Shown here: positions 9,631-20,120 of the stretch, piece after piece | How positions within the stretch are numbered: position 1 is the first letter of the stretch | Layout: each line of letters opens with the position of its first letter | Source: an uncultured bacterium | GTDB taxonomy: Bacteria; Omnitrophota; Gorgyraeia; Duberdicusellales; CBEUCJ01 | NCBI GenBank assembly: GCA_965541615.1 | Contig: CBEUCJ010000004.1 | Coordinates: 21,167-85,166, forward strand | Direction of reading: 5' to 3' | Length of the DNA stretch: 64,000 nt | Made by a program: the position numbers and the translations under genes | The notes under the pieces: generated by a model | The model's database searches: none | What the model saw: the letters and a program-made list of their open reading frames with translations, nothing else | What the model was told of the DNA's origin: nothing

Positions 9631-10626
9631 ATGCAAAAGGATAAAATAAAAAAAGAGATAATCTATTGGGCAAAGCTCTTAAATCAAAAAAATTTAGTAA
9701 GTGCAAGGAGTGGAAATATTTCTTATAAACTTTCTGAAGACAAAATTCTAATCACTTCTCATGATTGTTATTTAGGAGATTTGAAAGAAGAAGATATTCT
9801 TTTAATCAGCAAGGAGGGAGAGATTTTAGAAGGAGAAAAAGAGATTACCAGTGAAAAAAAATTACATTTAGATATCTATAAAGAGATTGAAGATGCAAAG
9901 GTAATCTTACACGCACACCCTCCTTATACAGTAGCTTTCTTTCACTATTTTGACAAGTTAGATATATTTTCATTTGAAGCAAGATTCTATTTGGGAAATG
10001 TTAAAGTAATTTTACAGGAGACTCCAACAGTAATAGATACCAAACCTGTAATAGAAGCTTTGAAAGCAGTAAATATCGTCGTTTTGAAAGAACATGGAGT
10101 AGTAAGCATAGGTAGAGATTTTAGAGAAGCTTTAAGTTTAATAGAGCTTCTTGAAGAGCAGAGCAAGATAAATCTTTTAATAAGATCAGGTTTTTTAAAA
10201 GAAGAAAAAGAGTTTTTTAAAGATGAAGATAACCAAAAAGAGGTTAAGACTAAGTATAAGTTACTTTCATCAGAACATATCAAAAGATTAGTTGAGTTAG
10301 TAAATAATGACAGACAGACTCAAGAATTGGGAGAAAAATACGACTTAACTTGCACTTTAGCTATAAAAAATCAGGATTCTAAAAGAACAATCTGCTTTTA
10401 TTACAAAAAAGGAAAGATTACAAAAGTAGACAACAATGAATATGCTGAAATTTTGATTACTGGAAAAGAGGAGATTTTAAAAAAGATCTTTAATCAGGAT
10501 TTAGATCCTTTTGTAGCTGCAACTCACAGAAAGATAGAAATAAAAGGAAATTTCTCTAAGATAAGTATGTGGTATCAGGTTTTAGCAAGGATATTTACAA
10601 TATGGAAAAGAGCACCAGTAGAATAA
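9631..10626 (+). CDS. Class II aldolase/adducin-domain protein (MtnB/FucA-like) fused to a C-terminal SCP2 sterol-carrier-like domain
   Basis: N-terminal ARSGNIS…HAHPPYTVAF (class II aldolase metal-binding His); C-terminal …DPFVAATHRKIEIKGNFSKISMW… matches the SCP2 pattern. Confidence 0.6.
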   Translation: MQKDKIKKEIIYWAKLLNQKNLVSARSGNISYKLSEDKILITSHDCYLGDLKEEDILLISKEGEILEGEKEITSEKKLHLDIYKEIEDAKVILHAHPPYTVAFFHYFDKLDIFSFEARFYLGNVKVILQETPTVIDTKPVIEALKAVNIVVLKEHGVVSIGRDFREALSLIELLEEQSKINLLIRSGFLKEEKEFFKDEDNQKEVKTKYKLLSSEHIKRLVELVNNDRQTQELGEKYDLTCTLAIKNQDSKRTICFYYKKGKITKVDNNEYAEILITGKEEILKKIFNQDLDPFVAATHRKIEIKGNFSKISMWYQVLARIFTIWKRAPVE

Positions 10627-10678
10627 AAATTAAAAGTAAAGCTTATCTTCAATTTAGAACTTAAATAAGCTAACCATT

Positions 10679-10707
10679 CTTGACAAAGAGGTTAAAGGTG
10701 TTAATAT
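10679..10707 (+). promoter_or_regulatory. Sigma70-like promoter TTGACA-17-TAATAT upstream of the lpt genes
   Basis: Near-consensus hexamers with 17-bp spacer, 14 nt upstream of ATG 10721. Confidence 0.35.
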
Positions 10708-10720
10708 AGATTAGTTTTTG

Positions 10721-11476
10721 ATGAAAAAATTTTTAGAATTATTTATCTTACTTTTAATTTTAGGAGCTTCACCTCAGAGAGTCATAAAAGATTTTCATCT
10801 TTTAGGTTTTGATAAAAATGGGAATAGAAATTATGAGCTTTGGGCACAAAGAGCAGAGATTTTTGAGAAGAAAGTAAAGATGCACAAGATCACAGCAAAT
10901 CTCTATGGAGAGAAAACTGTTCTCATAAAAGCAGAAAAAGCTTTCTTAGATGAAGATGCACAAAATTTAAAATTAGAGAAAAATGTAAATATAACTTCAG
11001 AAGATAAACTTTTGCTCACTCAAAGTCTGGATTGGGATATAAAAGAGAATAAAGCAAAAACCTCTTCACAAGTAGAGATTGAAGAACCTGAGTTCACAAT
11101 TAAAGCTACAGGTTTAGAAGCAGATTTAAATAATAAAAAAACTATTTTAAAAAATAAAGTTAGTCTCTCTTTTAAAAAAAGAGTGTTTACATCTGTTAGT
11201 TGCCAAGGTCCTATGGAGATAGATTACAAAAATAATATAGCTATTCTTTATAATAAAGTCAAAGTAGATGATACAGAAGGTCAAATTTTTTCAGATAAAA
11301 TGGAAGTTTATTTTGATCCTGAAAGCAAAAAGATAAAAAAAATTAGAGCTTTAGGCAATGTAAAGATAGTAAGAACAGATTCAGTAACTTATGCCAAAGA
11401 AGCTGAGTTCGATGTTAATTCAAAAAAACTAACTTTAAAAGGGAACCCTAGATTATTAATAATCTCTGAGAGATGA
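10721..11476 (+). CDS. LptC/LptA-family (OstA-like) LPS transport protein, N-terminally anchored
   Basis: Signal/anchor helix; OstA-like beta-jellyroll sequence; immediately upstream of lptB. Confidence 0.6.
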   Translation: MKKFLELFILLLILGASPQRVIKDFHLLGFDKNGNRNYELWAQRAEIFEKKVKMHKITANLYGEKTVLIKAEKAFLDEDAQNLKLEKNVNITSEDKLLLTQSLDWDIKENKAKTSSQVEIEEPEFTIKATGLEADLNNKKTILKNKVSLSFKKRVFTSVSCQGPMEIDYKNNIAILYNKVKVDDTEGQIFSDKMEVYFDPESKKIKKIRALGNVKIVRTDSVTYAKEAEFDVNSKKLTLKGNPRLLIISER

Positions 11477-12195
11477 AGCTTTTAGAGGTCAAAGATTTAA
11501 GAAAAAGTTTTGATTCAAAACCTGTAGTAGATGGAGTGAGTTTATATGTAAGGAGGGGAGAGATTGTAGGTTTGTTAGGACCTAATGGAGCTGGAAAGAC
11601 TACTTGCTTTTATATGATAATGGGTATAATAAATCCTGATGGAGGGAAAGTTCTGTTTGATAATCAAGATATAACTTATTTACCTATCCATGAGAGGTGC
11701 AGATTAGGGATAGGTTATTTATCTCAGGAACCTTCTATTTTCAGAAAGTTAACTGTAGAAGAGAACATTATGGCGATTTTGGAAACTTTACCTCTGAGTA
11801 GGTCTCAAAGAAAAGAGAGATTAGAAGAGTTATTAAGAGAGTTAAATATTGAACATTTAAGAAAGAAAAAAGCCTATCTTTTGTCAGGTGGAGAAAAAAG
11901 GAGATTAGAGATTACAAGAAGTCTGGTTACTAATCCTTCCTTTTTACTTTTGGATGAACCTTTTTCAGGAGTAGATCCAATAGTAGTAAATGAGATTCAA
12001 GATATAGTAAGATCACTTACAAAGAAAGGGATAGGTATTCTTCTTACAGATCACAATGTGAGAGAGACTTTAGAGATTACAGATAGAGCTTATCTAATAT
12101 ATGAAGGGAAGATATTAATGAGTGGATGTTCAGAAGATTTAATAAATTCACCAGAAGCCAAAAGAATATACTTAGGTGAAGATTTCAGAATGTAG
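11473..12195 (+). CDS. lptB: LPS export ABC transporter ATPase LptB
   Basis: Walker A GPNGAGKTT, LSGGEKRRLEI, about 240 aa, follows OstA-like gene. Confidence 0.8.
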   Translation: MKLLEVKDLRKSFDSKPVVDGVSLYVRRGEIVGLLGPNGAGKTTCFYMIMGIINPDGGKVLFDNQDITYLPIHERCRLGIGYLSQEPSIFRKLTVEENIMAILETLPLSRSQRKERLEELLRELNIEHLRKKKAYLLSGGEKRRLEITRSLVTNPSFLLLDEPFSGVDPIVVNEIQDIVRSLTKKGIGILLTDHNVRETLEITDRAYLIYEGKILMSGCSEDLINSPEAKRIYLGEDFRM

Positions 12196-12198
12196 AAA

Positions 12199-13098
12199 AT
12201 GAGAGCAGAGATAAAAAAAATAGATGCTACTAAAAGAGAGATATTAATAGAATTAGAGAAAGATTCTTTAGAAAAAGAATGGGATAGAGTTTACAAGGAA
12301 ATTTCTCAGGAAGTAAAAATACCAGGTTTTAGACCTGGAAAAGCTCCTCGTGAGATTTTAGAAAAGAATTACAAAGATTTGGCAAAAAAGAAATTAGCTG
12401 AATCACTAATCCCCAAATTATATGAAGAAGTTATAAAAAAAGAGAATCTAAAACCTTTGAGTTTACCTGAATTTAAAGATCTAAAGATAGAAGATGATTA
12501 TCTTAAATTTTCAGCTTTTGTGGAGGTAAAACCCCAGATTTCAATAAAAGATTATTATGGAATCTCTTTAAAATTTGAAGATATAGAAGTAAAGGATTCT
12601 GAAATAGAAGCAGCTTTAAAAAATTTGAGAGAATATTTTAAAAAAGAGCAGACTTTAGAGCTACCTCAAGATGCAGAAGAGAGAGCTTTATGCAAAAATT
12701 TTTATTGTAAAAACATAGAAGAATTAAAAGAGTGGATAAAAGCTCAAATTTATTTGCAAAAATATGAATCTAGGAAGAGAAGGATCCAATCCCAAATAGA
12801 AGAAAAGTTATTAAAAGAAAATAAAGTAGAGGTTCCTAAAAAAGCATTAGAAGCTCACCATCAGAGATTAGTAGAAGAAGCAATTTCAAATTTAAGATTT
12901 CAAGGAGTGCCTGAAGAAGAGATAGAAAAAAGAAAAAAGGATATAAAAGAAAAATTAAAACCTGTAGCTGAAAAACAACTCAAAATTTATTTCCTTTTAG
13001 AAACGATAGCTGAAAAAGAAGGAATTAAAATAGATGAGTCTGAAGATTTGATAGAGAAAGTTCTTTCATTTTTAGTGAGCAAGAGTAAATCAGAGTAA
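12199..13098 (+). CDS. tig: Trigger factor-like chaperone lacking the PPIase domain (N-terminal ribosome-binding and C-terminal arm only)
   Basis: TF signature GFRPGKAP at about residue 43; only 299 aa; located immediately upstream of clpP as in canonical tig-clpP. Confidence 0.65.
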   Translation: MRAEIKKIDATKREILIELEKDSLEKEWDRVYKEISQEVKIPGFRPGKAPREILEKNYKDLAKKKLAESLIPKLYEEVIKKENLKPLSLPEFKDLKIEDDYLKFSAFVEVKPQISIKDYYGISLKFEDIEVKDSEIEAALKNLREYFKKEQTLELPQDAEERALCKNFYCKNIEELKEWIKAQIYLQKYESRKRRIQSQIEEKLLKENKVEVPKKALEAHHQRLVEEAISNLRFQGVPEEEIEKRKKDIKEKLKPVAEKQLKIYFLLETIAEKEGIKIDESEDLIEKVLSFLVSKSKSE

Positions 13099-13126
13099 AA
13101 TTTTATTAAAATGAGGAGGTAATTTT

Positions 13127-13729
13127 ATGAAGATGCAAACTTTAATCCCTATAGTTATTGAACAGACAGGAAGAGCAGAACGTGCTTATGATATATACTC
13201 AAGATTATTAAAGGATAGAATAATTTTTATTGGCACCCCTATAGATGATCATGTAGCAAATTTGGTAATAGCTCAACTTTTATTCTTACAGATGGAAGAT
13301 GCTACAAAAGATATTCATGTTTATATTAACTCTCCTGGAGGGTCGGTAACTGCAGGATTAGCTATTTATGATACGATTCAGTTTGTTAAATGTGATGTAG
13401 CTACCTATTGTGTAGGACAAGCTTCGAGTATGGGAGCAGTGCTTTTAGCTGCAGGAAAAAAAGGAAAAAGATACGCTCTCCCTAATTCCAGAATTTTAAT
13501 TCATCAACCTTGGGGAGGAGTGCAAGGACAAGCTGAAGACATCTCTCGTCAAGCAAAGGAAATTTTAAGATTAAGAGATAAAATCATAGAGATATTAGCT
13601 TATCATACCAATCAACCTGTAGAAAAGATAAGAGCAGATACTGACCGTGACTTTTTTATGTCTGCTTATGAGGCAAAAGAGTACGGTATAATAGATGAGG
13701 TTATAGAACCTTTAAAAGAAAAAAAATGA
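13127..13729 (+). CDS. clpP: ATP-dependent Clp protease proteolytic subunit
   Basis: Catalytic motifs GQASSMGA (Ser), IHQP (His); RBS GGAGG. Confidence 0.95.
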   Translation: MKMQTLIPIVIEQTGRAERAYDIYSRLLKDRIIFIGTPIDDHVANLVIAQLLFLQMEDATKDIHVYINSPGGSVTAGLAIYDTIQFVKCDVATYCVGQASSMGAVLLAAGKKGKRYALPNSRILIHQPWGGVQGQAEDISRQAKEILRLRDKIIEILAYHTNQPVEKIRADTDRDFFMSAYEAKEYGIIDEVIEPLKEKK

Positions 13730-14844
13730 GACATATTCTTCTCACTCCAGGACCTACTCCTTTACCTCCAGAAATTTTAGAGATCTTATCTAAACCTATA
13801 ATCCATCACAGAACTTCAGAGTTTAAAAAGATTTTAAATAGAGTTAGAGAAAAGATAAAGAAAGTATTTTTTACAGACTCAGAAGTCTTAATATTTGCAT
13901 CTTCAGGAACAGGAGCAATGGAAGCTGCTGTTGCTAATTTTTTTAAAGAAGGAGATAAAGTTTTGGTAATAGAGGGAGGAAAATTTGGTCAAAGATGGTC
14001 AGAGATTTGTAAAAGTTTTAGATTACAGGTTTTAAAAGAAGAAGTTGAATGGGGAAAATCTCTTTCTAAAGAAAGATTATCTGAGATTTTAGATTCTAAT
14101 CCAGATATTAAGGGAGTGTTTTCTACTCTATGTGAGACATCTACAGGAACAGTCTTTGATATAAAAGGATATGGAGAGTTATTAAAGGATAAAGAGTGTT
14201 TGTTAATAGTAGATGCTATCAGTGGTTTGGCTTCAGAGGTATTTTACCAAGATGAATGGGGAGCAGATGTTGTAGTATCTGCTTCACAAAAAGGATTGAT
14301 GCTGCCACCTGGTTTAGGTTTTTTAAGTTTTAGTAAGAAAGCTGAAAAATTTTTAGAAAGTTCAGATTTGCCAAAATATTATTTTGATGTGAAAAAATAC
14401 TATAAAAGTATCTTATCAGATGATACTCCTTTTACACCAGCTATTAATCTGGTAATAGCTTTAGATAAAGCTTTAGATATTCTTTTAGAAGAAGGTATGG
14501 AAAATGTTTTTAAAAAATTTGAGAAGATGAGCCAAGCTGTGAGAAAAGCAATTTCAGCTTTAGGGCTTAAGTTATTTTCAGAATCTCCTTCTCAGAGTGT
14601 AACAGCTGTAATTTCACCTGTAGATTCTGTAAAGTTAGTAAATCTTTTAAGGACTAAATATAAAGTGAGTATAGCTGGAGGTCAAGCTCATTTAAAAGGA
14701 AAGATTTTTAGGATAGCTCACATGGGATACATAAGTTATCAAGATTTGTTTTTAGGATTTTTGTATTTAGAAAAAGCATTAAAAGAATTAGGATTTGAGT
14801 TAAAAGAACTCTCCTCTCTCAATAAATTAAAAGAATATATGTAA
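13726..14844 (+). CDS. Class V aminotransferase (AGXT/SGAT family; probable phosphoserine aminotransferase given serA neighbour)
   Basis: N-terminal [10 protein letters not shown]; PLP-fold sequence; adjacent serA. Confidence 0.7.
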   Translation: MRHILLTPGPTPLPPEILEILSKPIIHHRTSEFKKILNRVREKIKKVFFTDSEVLIFASSGTGAMEAAVANFFKEGDKVLVIEGGKFGQRWSEICKSFRLQVLKEEVEWGKSLSKERLSEILDSNPDIKGVFSTLCETSTGTVFDIKGYGELLKDKECLLIVDAISGLASEVFYQDEWGADVVVSASQKGLMLPPGLGFLSFSKKAEKFLESSDLPKYYFDVKKYYKSILSDDTPFTPAINLVIALDKALDILLEEGMENVFKKFEKMSQAVRKAISALGLKLFSESPSQSVTAVISPVDSVKLVNLLRTKYKVSIAGGQAHLKGKIFRIAHMGYISYQDLFLGFLYLEKALKELGFELKELSSLNKLKEYM

Positions 14845-14846
14845 TT

Positions 14847-16430
14847 ATGAAGATTTTAGTATGTGATAAATTAGCCCCTCCAGGTATAGAAGTTTTAAAA
14901 AAAGCAGGTCTCCAAGTAATTGAAAAAACAAAACTTAGCTTAGAGGAATTAAAAAAAGAGATAGCAGATGTCGAAGCTGTGATTGTGAGGAGTCAAACCA
15001 AACTCACAAAAGAGGTCTTAGAATGTGCAAAAAATTTGAAAGTAATAGGAAGAGCAGGAGTAGGTTTAGATAATATAGATGTAGAGACTGCCACAAGATT
15101 AGGAATAATAGTAATGAATGCTCCAGGAGCTAATACGATTTCAACAGCTGAACATACTTTTGGATTGATATTAAGTATGATGAGAAATATCCCCCAAAGT
15201 TTTAATTCTCTTTTACAAGGAAAATGGGAAAGATCCAAATTTTTAGGAGAGGAATTATATGGAAAGACATTAGGAATAATAGGATTAGGAAGAATAGGTT
15301 CAGAAGTAGCTAAGCGCGCTTTAAGTTTTAAAATGAGAGTTTTAGCTTATGATCCTTTTATTTCTGAAGAAGTAGTAAAGAAGATAGAAGTACAACTGAC
15401 AGATTTTGAGACCCTTTTGAGAGAATCAGATATCATTACAATTCATGTTCCTTTAACCCCTGAAACCAAAAATATGATATCAGAAAAAGAATTTTCTCTA
15501 ATGAAAGATGGTGTAAAAATAGTTAACTGTGCAAGAGGAGGCATAGTAAATGAAGAGGCTTTGATTAAAGCTTTAGAATCTGGTAAAGTAAAGAAATGTG
15601 CTTTAGATGTTTTTGAAACTGAACCTTTACCTGCTTCTCACCCTATACTTAAATTTTCTGACAGAGTAGTTTTGACTCCTCACTTAGGAGCTTCTACCCA
15701 AGAAGCCCAAGTAAATGTAGCAATAGAAATAGCTAAAAATGTTGTAGATGCTTTAATGGGAAGACAGATAAGAAATGCTATAAATATTGTATCTTTGGAT
15801 TTTAAGACTTATAAAGTATTAGAGCCTTATATAAAGTTAGCTGAAAAGATGGGGATTATGAGTTCACAGTTAGTTCCTTTCAGAGTTAACAAAATAAGGA
15901 TTACATTTTCTGGTCTTCTTACAGAATACAAACTAGATCCTTTAAGTTCTGCTTTTCTAAAAGGATTTTTAACTCCCATTATAGAAGAAAATGTTAATTA
16001 CATAAATGCTAAAGAGATCTGTAAAGAGAGAGGAATAGAAACAGAGATCGTTACTTCCTCTAAGAAAAGTGAGTTTCTCAATACTATTCAAGCAGAGTTA
16101 ATTTCAGATAAAGAAGAAAAAAAGATCACAGGTACAGTTTTTGGTAAAGAGAGTTTAAGGATAGTAAGAATAGATGAATTTTATGTGGAAATAATTCCTC
16201 AAGGATATTTGTTATTCATCCTTAATATGGATAAACCTGGTGTAATAGGAAATATAGGCACTATATTAGGAAAAAAGAATATAAACATAGGTGGTATGAG
16301 TTTAGGGAGAGAATCTCCAGGTGGCAAAGCTCTTACTGTGCTTAATATAGATCAAAAAGTTTCTAAAGAAGTTTTAGAAGAGTTAAAGAGTTTAGATAAT
16401 GTTTTAGATGTAAGGTTTCTTGAATTATAG
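14847..16430 (+). CDS. serA: D-3-phosphoglycerate dehydrogenase with C-terminal ACT domain
   Basis: 2-hydroxyacid DH NAD motif GIIGLGRIGSEVA, catalytic R/E/H, 527 aa with ASB/ACT tail. Confidence 0.9.
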   Translation: MKILVCDKLAPPGIEVLKKAGLQVIEKTKLSLEELKKEIADVEAVIVRSQTKLTKEVLECAKNLKVIGRAGVGLDNIDVETATRLGIIVMNAPGANTISTAEHTFGLILSMMRNIPQSFNSLLQGKWERSKFLGEELYGKTLGIIGLGRIGSEVAKRALSFKMRVLAYDPFISEEVVKKIEVQLTDFETLLRESDIITIHVPLTPETKNMISEKEFSLMKDGVKIVNCARGGIVNEEALIKALESGKVKKCALDVFETEPLPASHPILKFSDRVVLTPHLGASTQEAQVNVAIEIAKNVVDALMGRQIRNAINIVSLDFKTYKVLEPYIKLAEKMGIMSSQLVPFRVNKIRITFSGLLTEYKLDPLSSAFLKGFLTPIIEENVNYINAKEICKERGIETEIVTSSKKSEFLNTIQAELISDKEEKKITGTVFGKESLRIVRIDEFYVEIIPQGYLLFILNMDKPGVIGNIGTILGKKNINIGGMSLGRESPGGKALTVLNIDQKVSKEVLEELKSLDNVLDVRFLEL

Positions 16431-17507
16431 ATGAAGAAGATCTTTATAGCTGCTACTCAACAGAATGATGGAAAGACTACAATAGCTTTAGGGTTAATTT
16501 TGAATTTAAAAGAAAAGGTTAAAAGAGTTGGTTACTTTAAGCCTATAGGTCAAAGGTTTTTAGAAGAAGAAGGGAGTTCTGTTAGTAAAGATACAGTTTT
16601 AATAGAGAAAGTATGCAAATTAAGGACAAAAAGCACAGATACGAATCCAATCGTAGTAAAAAGAGGCTTTACAGAAAAATACATACAAAATCCTAAAAAA
16701 GAAGAGATAACTCACAGAATATTAAAATCTTTTAAAAAAATATCTAAAAACAGAAAAATAATGATAATTGAAGGTACTGGACACGCAGGAGTAGGAGCGG
16801 TCTTTGATCATTCAAATGCAGAAGTTGCCAAAATTTTAGGAGCACAAGTAATAATAGTTTCTTCTGGAGGTATAGGTAAACCCATAGATGAGATATTTTT
16901 AAACCATAATCTCTTTAAATCTGTAGGAGTGAAAGTTTTAGGAGTAATAATTAATAAAGTCTTATTTGATAAACTTGAAAAAGTCAGTCATTATGTAAAA
17001 AAAGGATTAGAAAGAAAGAATATAAAAGTTTTAGGAGTTTTACCTTTTTATGAAGAGTTAAATACTCCTACCTTAGAACAGATATTAGAAGAGACCAATT
17101 ACGAGTTAATAAGTGGAAACAGATTTCTGAATAATAAAGTAACTAACATTATAGTAGGAGCTATGCCCACTTCAGATGCATTGAATCTCTTGAAAGCTGG
17201 GAGTTTAATTATTACTCCAGGAGATAGAGATGATATAATTCTGGCTGTGATAAGTTCAGTCTTATCAGGGATTAAAATTTCAGGGTTGATTTTAACTCAA
17301 GGGATTCTGCCTCATTTCAGAATCTTAGGTTTTCTTAAAAGAGCAGATTTTCCAGTAATCTTAGCTAAAGAAGATATATTTACTGTAGCTACAAAGATAA
17401 AGGATATAACGGTAAAAATAAGACCCAAAGATAAAGATAAGATTTTTTTAATTAAAGAGATGGTTAAAAAATACATAAATATTAAAGAGATAATAGAAAG
17501 CAATTAG
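16431..17507 (+). CDS. Phosphotransacetylase N-terminal regulatory domain (P-loop/DRTGG) encoded as a separate gene
   Basis: CobQ/MinD-like P-loop plus DRTGG region as in the N-terminal ~350 aa of long Pta; directly precedes pta catalytic gene. Confidence 0.65.
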   Translation: MKKIFIAATQQNDGKTTIALGLILNLKEKVKRVGYFKPIGQRFLEEEGSSVSKDTVLIEKVCKLRTKSTDTNPIVVKRGFTEKYIQNPKKEEITHRILKSFKKISKNRKIMIIEGTGHAGVGAVFDHSNAEVAKILGAQVIIVSSGGIGKPIDEIFLNHNLFKSVGVKVLGVIINKVLFDKLEKVSHYVKKGLERKNIKVLGVLPFYEELNTPTLEQILEETNYELISGNRFLNNKVTNIIVGAMPTSDALNLLKAGSLIITPGDRDDIILAVISSVLSGIKISGLILTQGILPHFRILGFLKRADFPVILAKEDIFTVATKIKDITVKIRPKDKDKIFLIKEMVKKYINIKEIIESN

Positions 17508-17518
17508 GAGGTTTGAAA

Positions 17519-18454
17519 ATGCATCCAGTAATAGAGATGATTAGAAAACAAGCCCAGAGAAATCCAAAGAGGATTATTCTTCCTGAAGCAGATGATGACA
17601 GGGTAAAAAAAGCAGCTGATATTATCTTAAAAGAAAAAATCGCAGATTTAATTCTTTTAGACAGAAAAAGTTTAGATCCCAAAAAACAGAAAGAATTCGC
17701 TTTAAAACTCTACGAGTTAAGAAAACAAAAAGGCTTAGATTTAGATACTGCTACTGAGTTTTTAAAAAATCCAGTATTTTATGCAGCTATGATGGTGAGA
17801 GAAAATCAAGCAGATGGTTTTGTAGCAGGAGCAGTTAATACTACATCTTTGGTAGCAAGGAGTGCTATATGGTGCTTAGAACCTCAGATCAAAGGAGGGG
17901 TGATTTCATCTGCTTTTATAATGATAGTTCCTAATTGTGAATATGGAGAAAAAGGTGTATTTATTTATGCTGATTGTGGAATCGTACCACAACCTACTCC
18001 TCAACAGTTAGCTCAAATAGCTGTTTACTCTGCAGAATTAGGAGAGAAAGTTTTGAATCTTTCTCCAAAGATAGCTTTTTTGAGTTATTCTACTAAAATG
18101 AGTGCAGAAGGTGTTTCTGTGAGTAAAGTAAGAGAGGCAGTAAAGATAGTAAAAGAAATTGCTCCTCATTTAAATGTGGATGGAGAACTGCAAGCTGATG
18201 CTGCTATAGTTCCAGAAGTGGCAAAGATTAAATGTCCTGATTCTAATGTAGCAGGAAAAGCTAATATTTTAATCTTTCCAAATTTAGATGCAGGTAATAT
18301 CTGTTATAAGTTAACCGAACGCTTAGCAAAAGCAAAAGCCATAGGACCTTTGTTTATGGGATTGAAAAACCCCTGTTCAGACCTATCAAGAGGTTGTAGT
18401 GTAGAAGATATCGTAGATTGTGTGGCAGTAACAGTAATAAGAGCTCAAAAATGA
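17519..18454 (+). CDS. pta: Phosphate acetyltransferase (catalytic PTA domain)
   Basis: PTA_PTB family sequence; RBS AGGAGG 17505-17510; followed by ackA. Confidence 0.85.
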   Translation: MHPVIEMIRKQAQRNPKRIILPEADDDRVKKAADIILKEKIADLILLDRKSLDPKKQKEFALKLYELRKQKGLDLDTATEFLKNPVFYAAMMVRENQADGFVAGAVNTTSLVARSAIWCLEPQIKGGVISSAFIMIVPNCEYGEKGVFIYADCGIVPQPTPQQLAQIAVYSAELGEKVLNLSPKIAFLSYSTKMSAEGVSVSKVREAVKIVKEIAPHLNVDGELQADAAIVPEVAKIKCPDSNVAGKANILIFPNLDAGNICYKLTERLAKAKAIGPLFMGLKNPCSDLSRGCSVEDIVDCVAVTVIRAQK

Positions 18455-19554
18455 AGATATTAACAGTTAATGCAGGTAGTTCTTCTGTAAAGTATAAGTT
18501 ATTTGAGATGCCAAAAGGCACCCTTATTAGCAGAGGCATAATTGAAAGGATAGGTGAACCACAATCTAAAGTGAAAGATCATGCACAAGCTATTAAGTTG
18601 ATGTTTGATGAATTAAAGAGTATTTTGAAAGATTTAAAAGAGATTGGAGGTATAGGACACAGAGTTGTGCATGGAGGAGAGGATTACAAGAATCCTGTAA
18701 TAATAGACAAAAAAGTTTTAAAAGTTATAGAGAAAAATATAGAGTTAGCTCCACTCCACAATCCTGCAAATTTAGCAGGTATTAAAGCTTGTCTTAAATA
18801 TTTGCCTCAAGTAAAGCAAGTTGCAGTCTTTGATACAGCTTTTCATCAAACTTTACCAGAGTATGCTTTTATATATGCAATTCCTTATCAATACTATGAG
18901 AAATATAAATTAAGAAAGTATGGTTTTCATGGGACTTCTCATCAATATGTAGCAATGCAAGCTTCTAAGATTTTGAAGAAGCCATTAAGTAAATTAAAAT
19001 TGATTACTTGCCATTTGGGAAATGGAGCAAGTATTACAGCTATTAAGAATGGAAGATCAGTTGACACCAGTATGGGTTTTACTCCTTTAGAAGGGTTAGT
19101 TATGGGCACAAGATGTGGAGATATAGATCCTGCTATAATCTTTTATTTAATGGAAAAAGAAAACCTTTCTCCACAACAAGTTTATGAGTTATTGAATAAA
19201 AAATCAGGCTTATTAGGAGTTAGCAAAATAAGTAACGATGTTAGGGTGTTAAAATCTGAAAGAAAAAAACAGAGGTTAGCTGACCTTTCTTTAAAAATCT
19301 TTCTTTATAGAATTAAAAAATATATAGGTGCATATATAAGTGTGTTAGGAGGAGTTGATGCTATAATATTTACCGCAGGCATTGGAGAGAATAATCCTGA
19401 TTTAGTAAAAGAGGTAACAAAAGATCTGGGTAAATTTTTAAAGAAAAAACCAAAAATTTTAATTATTCCCACAGATGAAGAAAAAATGATAGCTTATTTG
19501 ACTTATAAACTCTTGTTAAGCAAAGGAAAAAGAAAAAAGGAGGTTAAGAAATGA
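18451..19554 (+). CDS. ackA: Acetate kinase
   Basis: N-terminal MKILTVNAGSSSVKYKLF, acetate/propionate kinase signatures; start at ATG 18451. Confidence 0.9.
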   Translation: MKILTVNAGSSSVKYKLFEMPKGTLISRGIIERIGEPQSKVKDHAQAIKLMFDELKSILKDLKEIGGIGHRVVHGGEDYKNPVIIDKKVLKVIEKNIELAPLHNPANLAGIKACLKYLPQVKQVAVFDTAFHQTLPEYAFIYAIPYQYYEKYKLRKYGFHGTSHQYVAMQASKILKKPLSKLKLITCHLGNGASITAIKNGRSVDTSMGFTPLEGLVMGTRCGDIDPAIIFYLMEKENLSPQQVYELLNKKSGLLGVSKISNDVRVLKSERKKQRLADLSLKIFLYRIKKYIGAYISVLGGVDAIIFTAGIGENNPDLVKEVTKDLGKFLKKKPKILIIPTDEEKMIAYLTYKLLLSKGKRKKEVKK

Positions 19555-20120
19555 AGAAGATATTATTATGGAGTTTGTTTTTGAGTTTAATGTCTTTACA
19601 AGTTTTAGCACAACAAAAGTCAATAGCTATGATTATTGCTTTTGATAATTTTAGAGACGAAGAATTATTTACACCAAAAAAAATCTTTGAGAATGCAGGA
19701 TATAAAGTAGAGATTTTTTCATGGGAAACAGGCACAGCTAAAGGTATGTTAGGAGGAAAAGTTAAAGTTAAATATCTTCTAAAGGATTTGAATGTAGATG
19801 ATTTTGAAGCTATAGTATTTGTGGGAGGGATTGGAGCTCAAAAATATTGGTATGATGAGAAAGCTTTAGAGATCGCTAAAAAAGCTGTTGAAAGAGGAAA
19901 AGTTGTAGGTGCTATTTGTATTGCCCCTGTAATATTAGCAAATGCTCAAGTTTTAGAAGGTAAGAAAGCTACCAGTTGGTTTTCAGTTAGGAGTATGTTA
20001 ATGAGTAAAGGTGCTCAGTACACAAATAAAGGTGTGGAGACAGATGGCAAAATAATTACTGCACAAGGTCCTCAGTATGCTGAAAGATTTGCTTTAAAAA
20101 TATTAGAGGCATTAAAATGA
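19551..20120 (+). CDS. DJ-1/PfpI family protein with N-terminal signal peptide
   Basis: Signal peptide; nucleophile elbow AICIAP. Confidence 0.7.
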   Translation: MKKILLWSLFLSLMSLQVLAQQKSIAMIIAFDNFRDEELFTPKKIFENAGYKVEIFSWETGTAKGMLGGKVKVKYLLKDLNVDDFEAIVFVGGIGAQKYWYDEKALEIAKKAVERGKVVGAICIAPVILANAQVLEGKKATSWFSVRSMLMSKGAQYTNKGVETDGKIITAQGPQYAERFALKILEALK

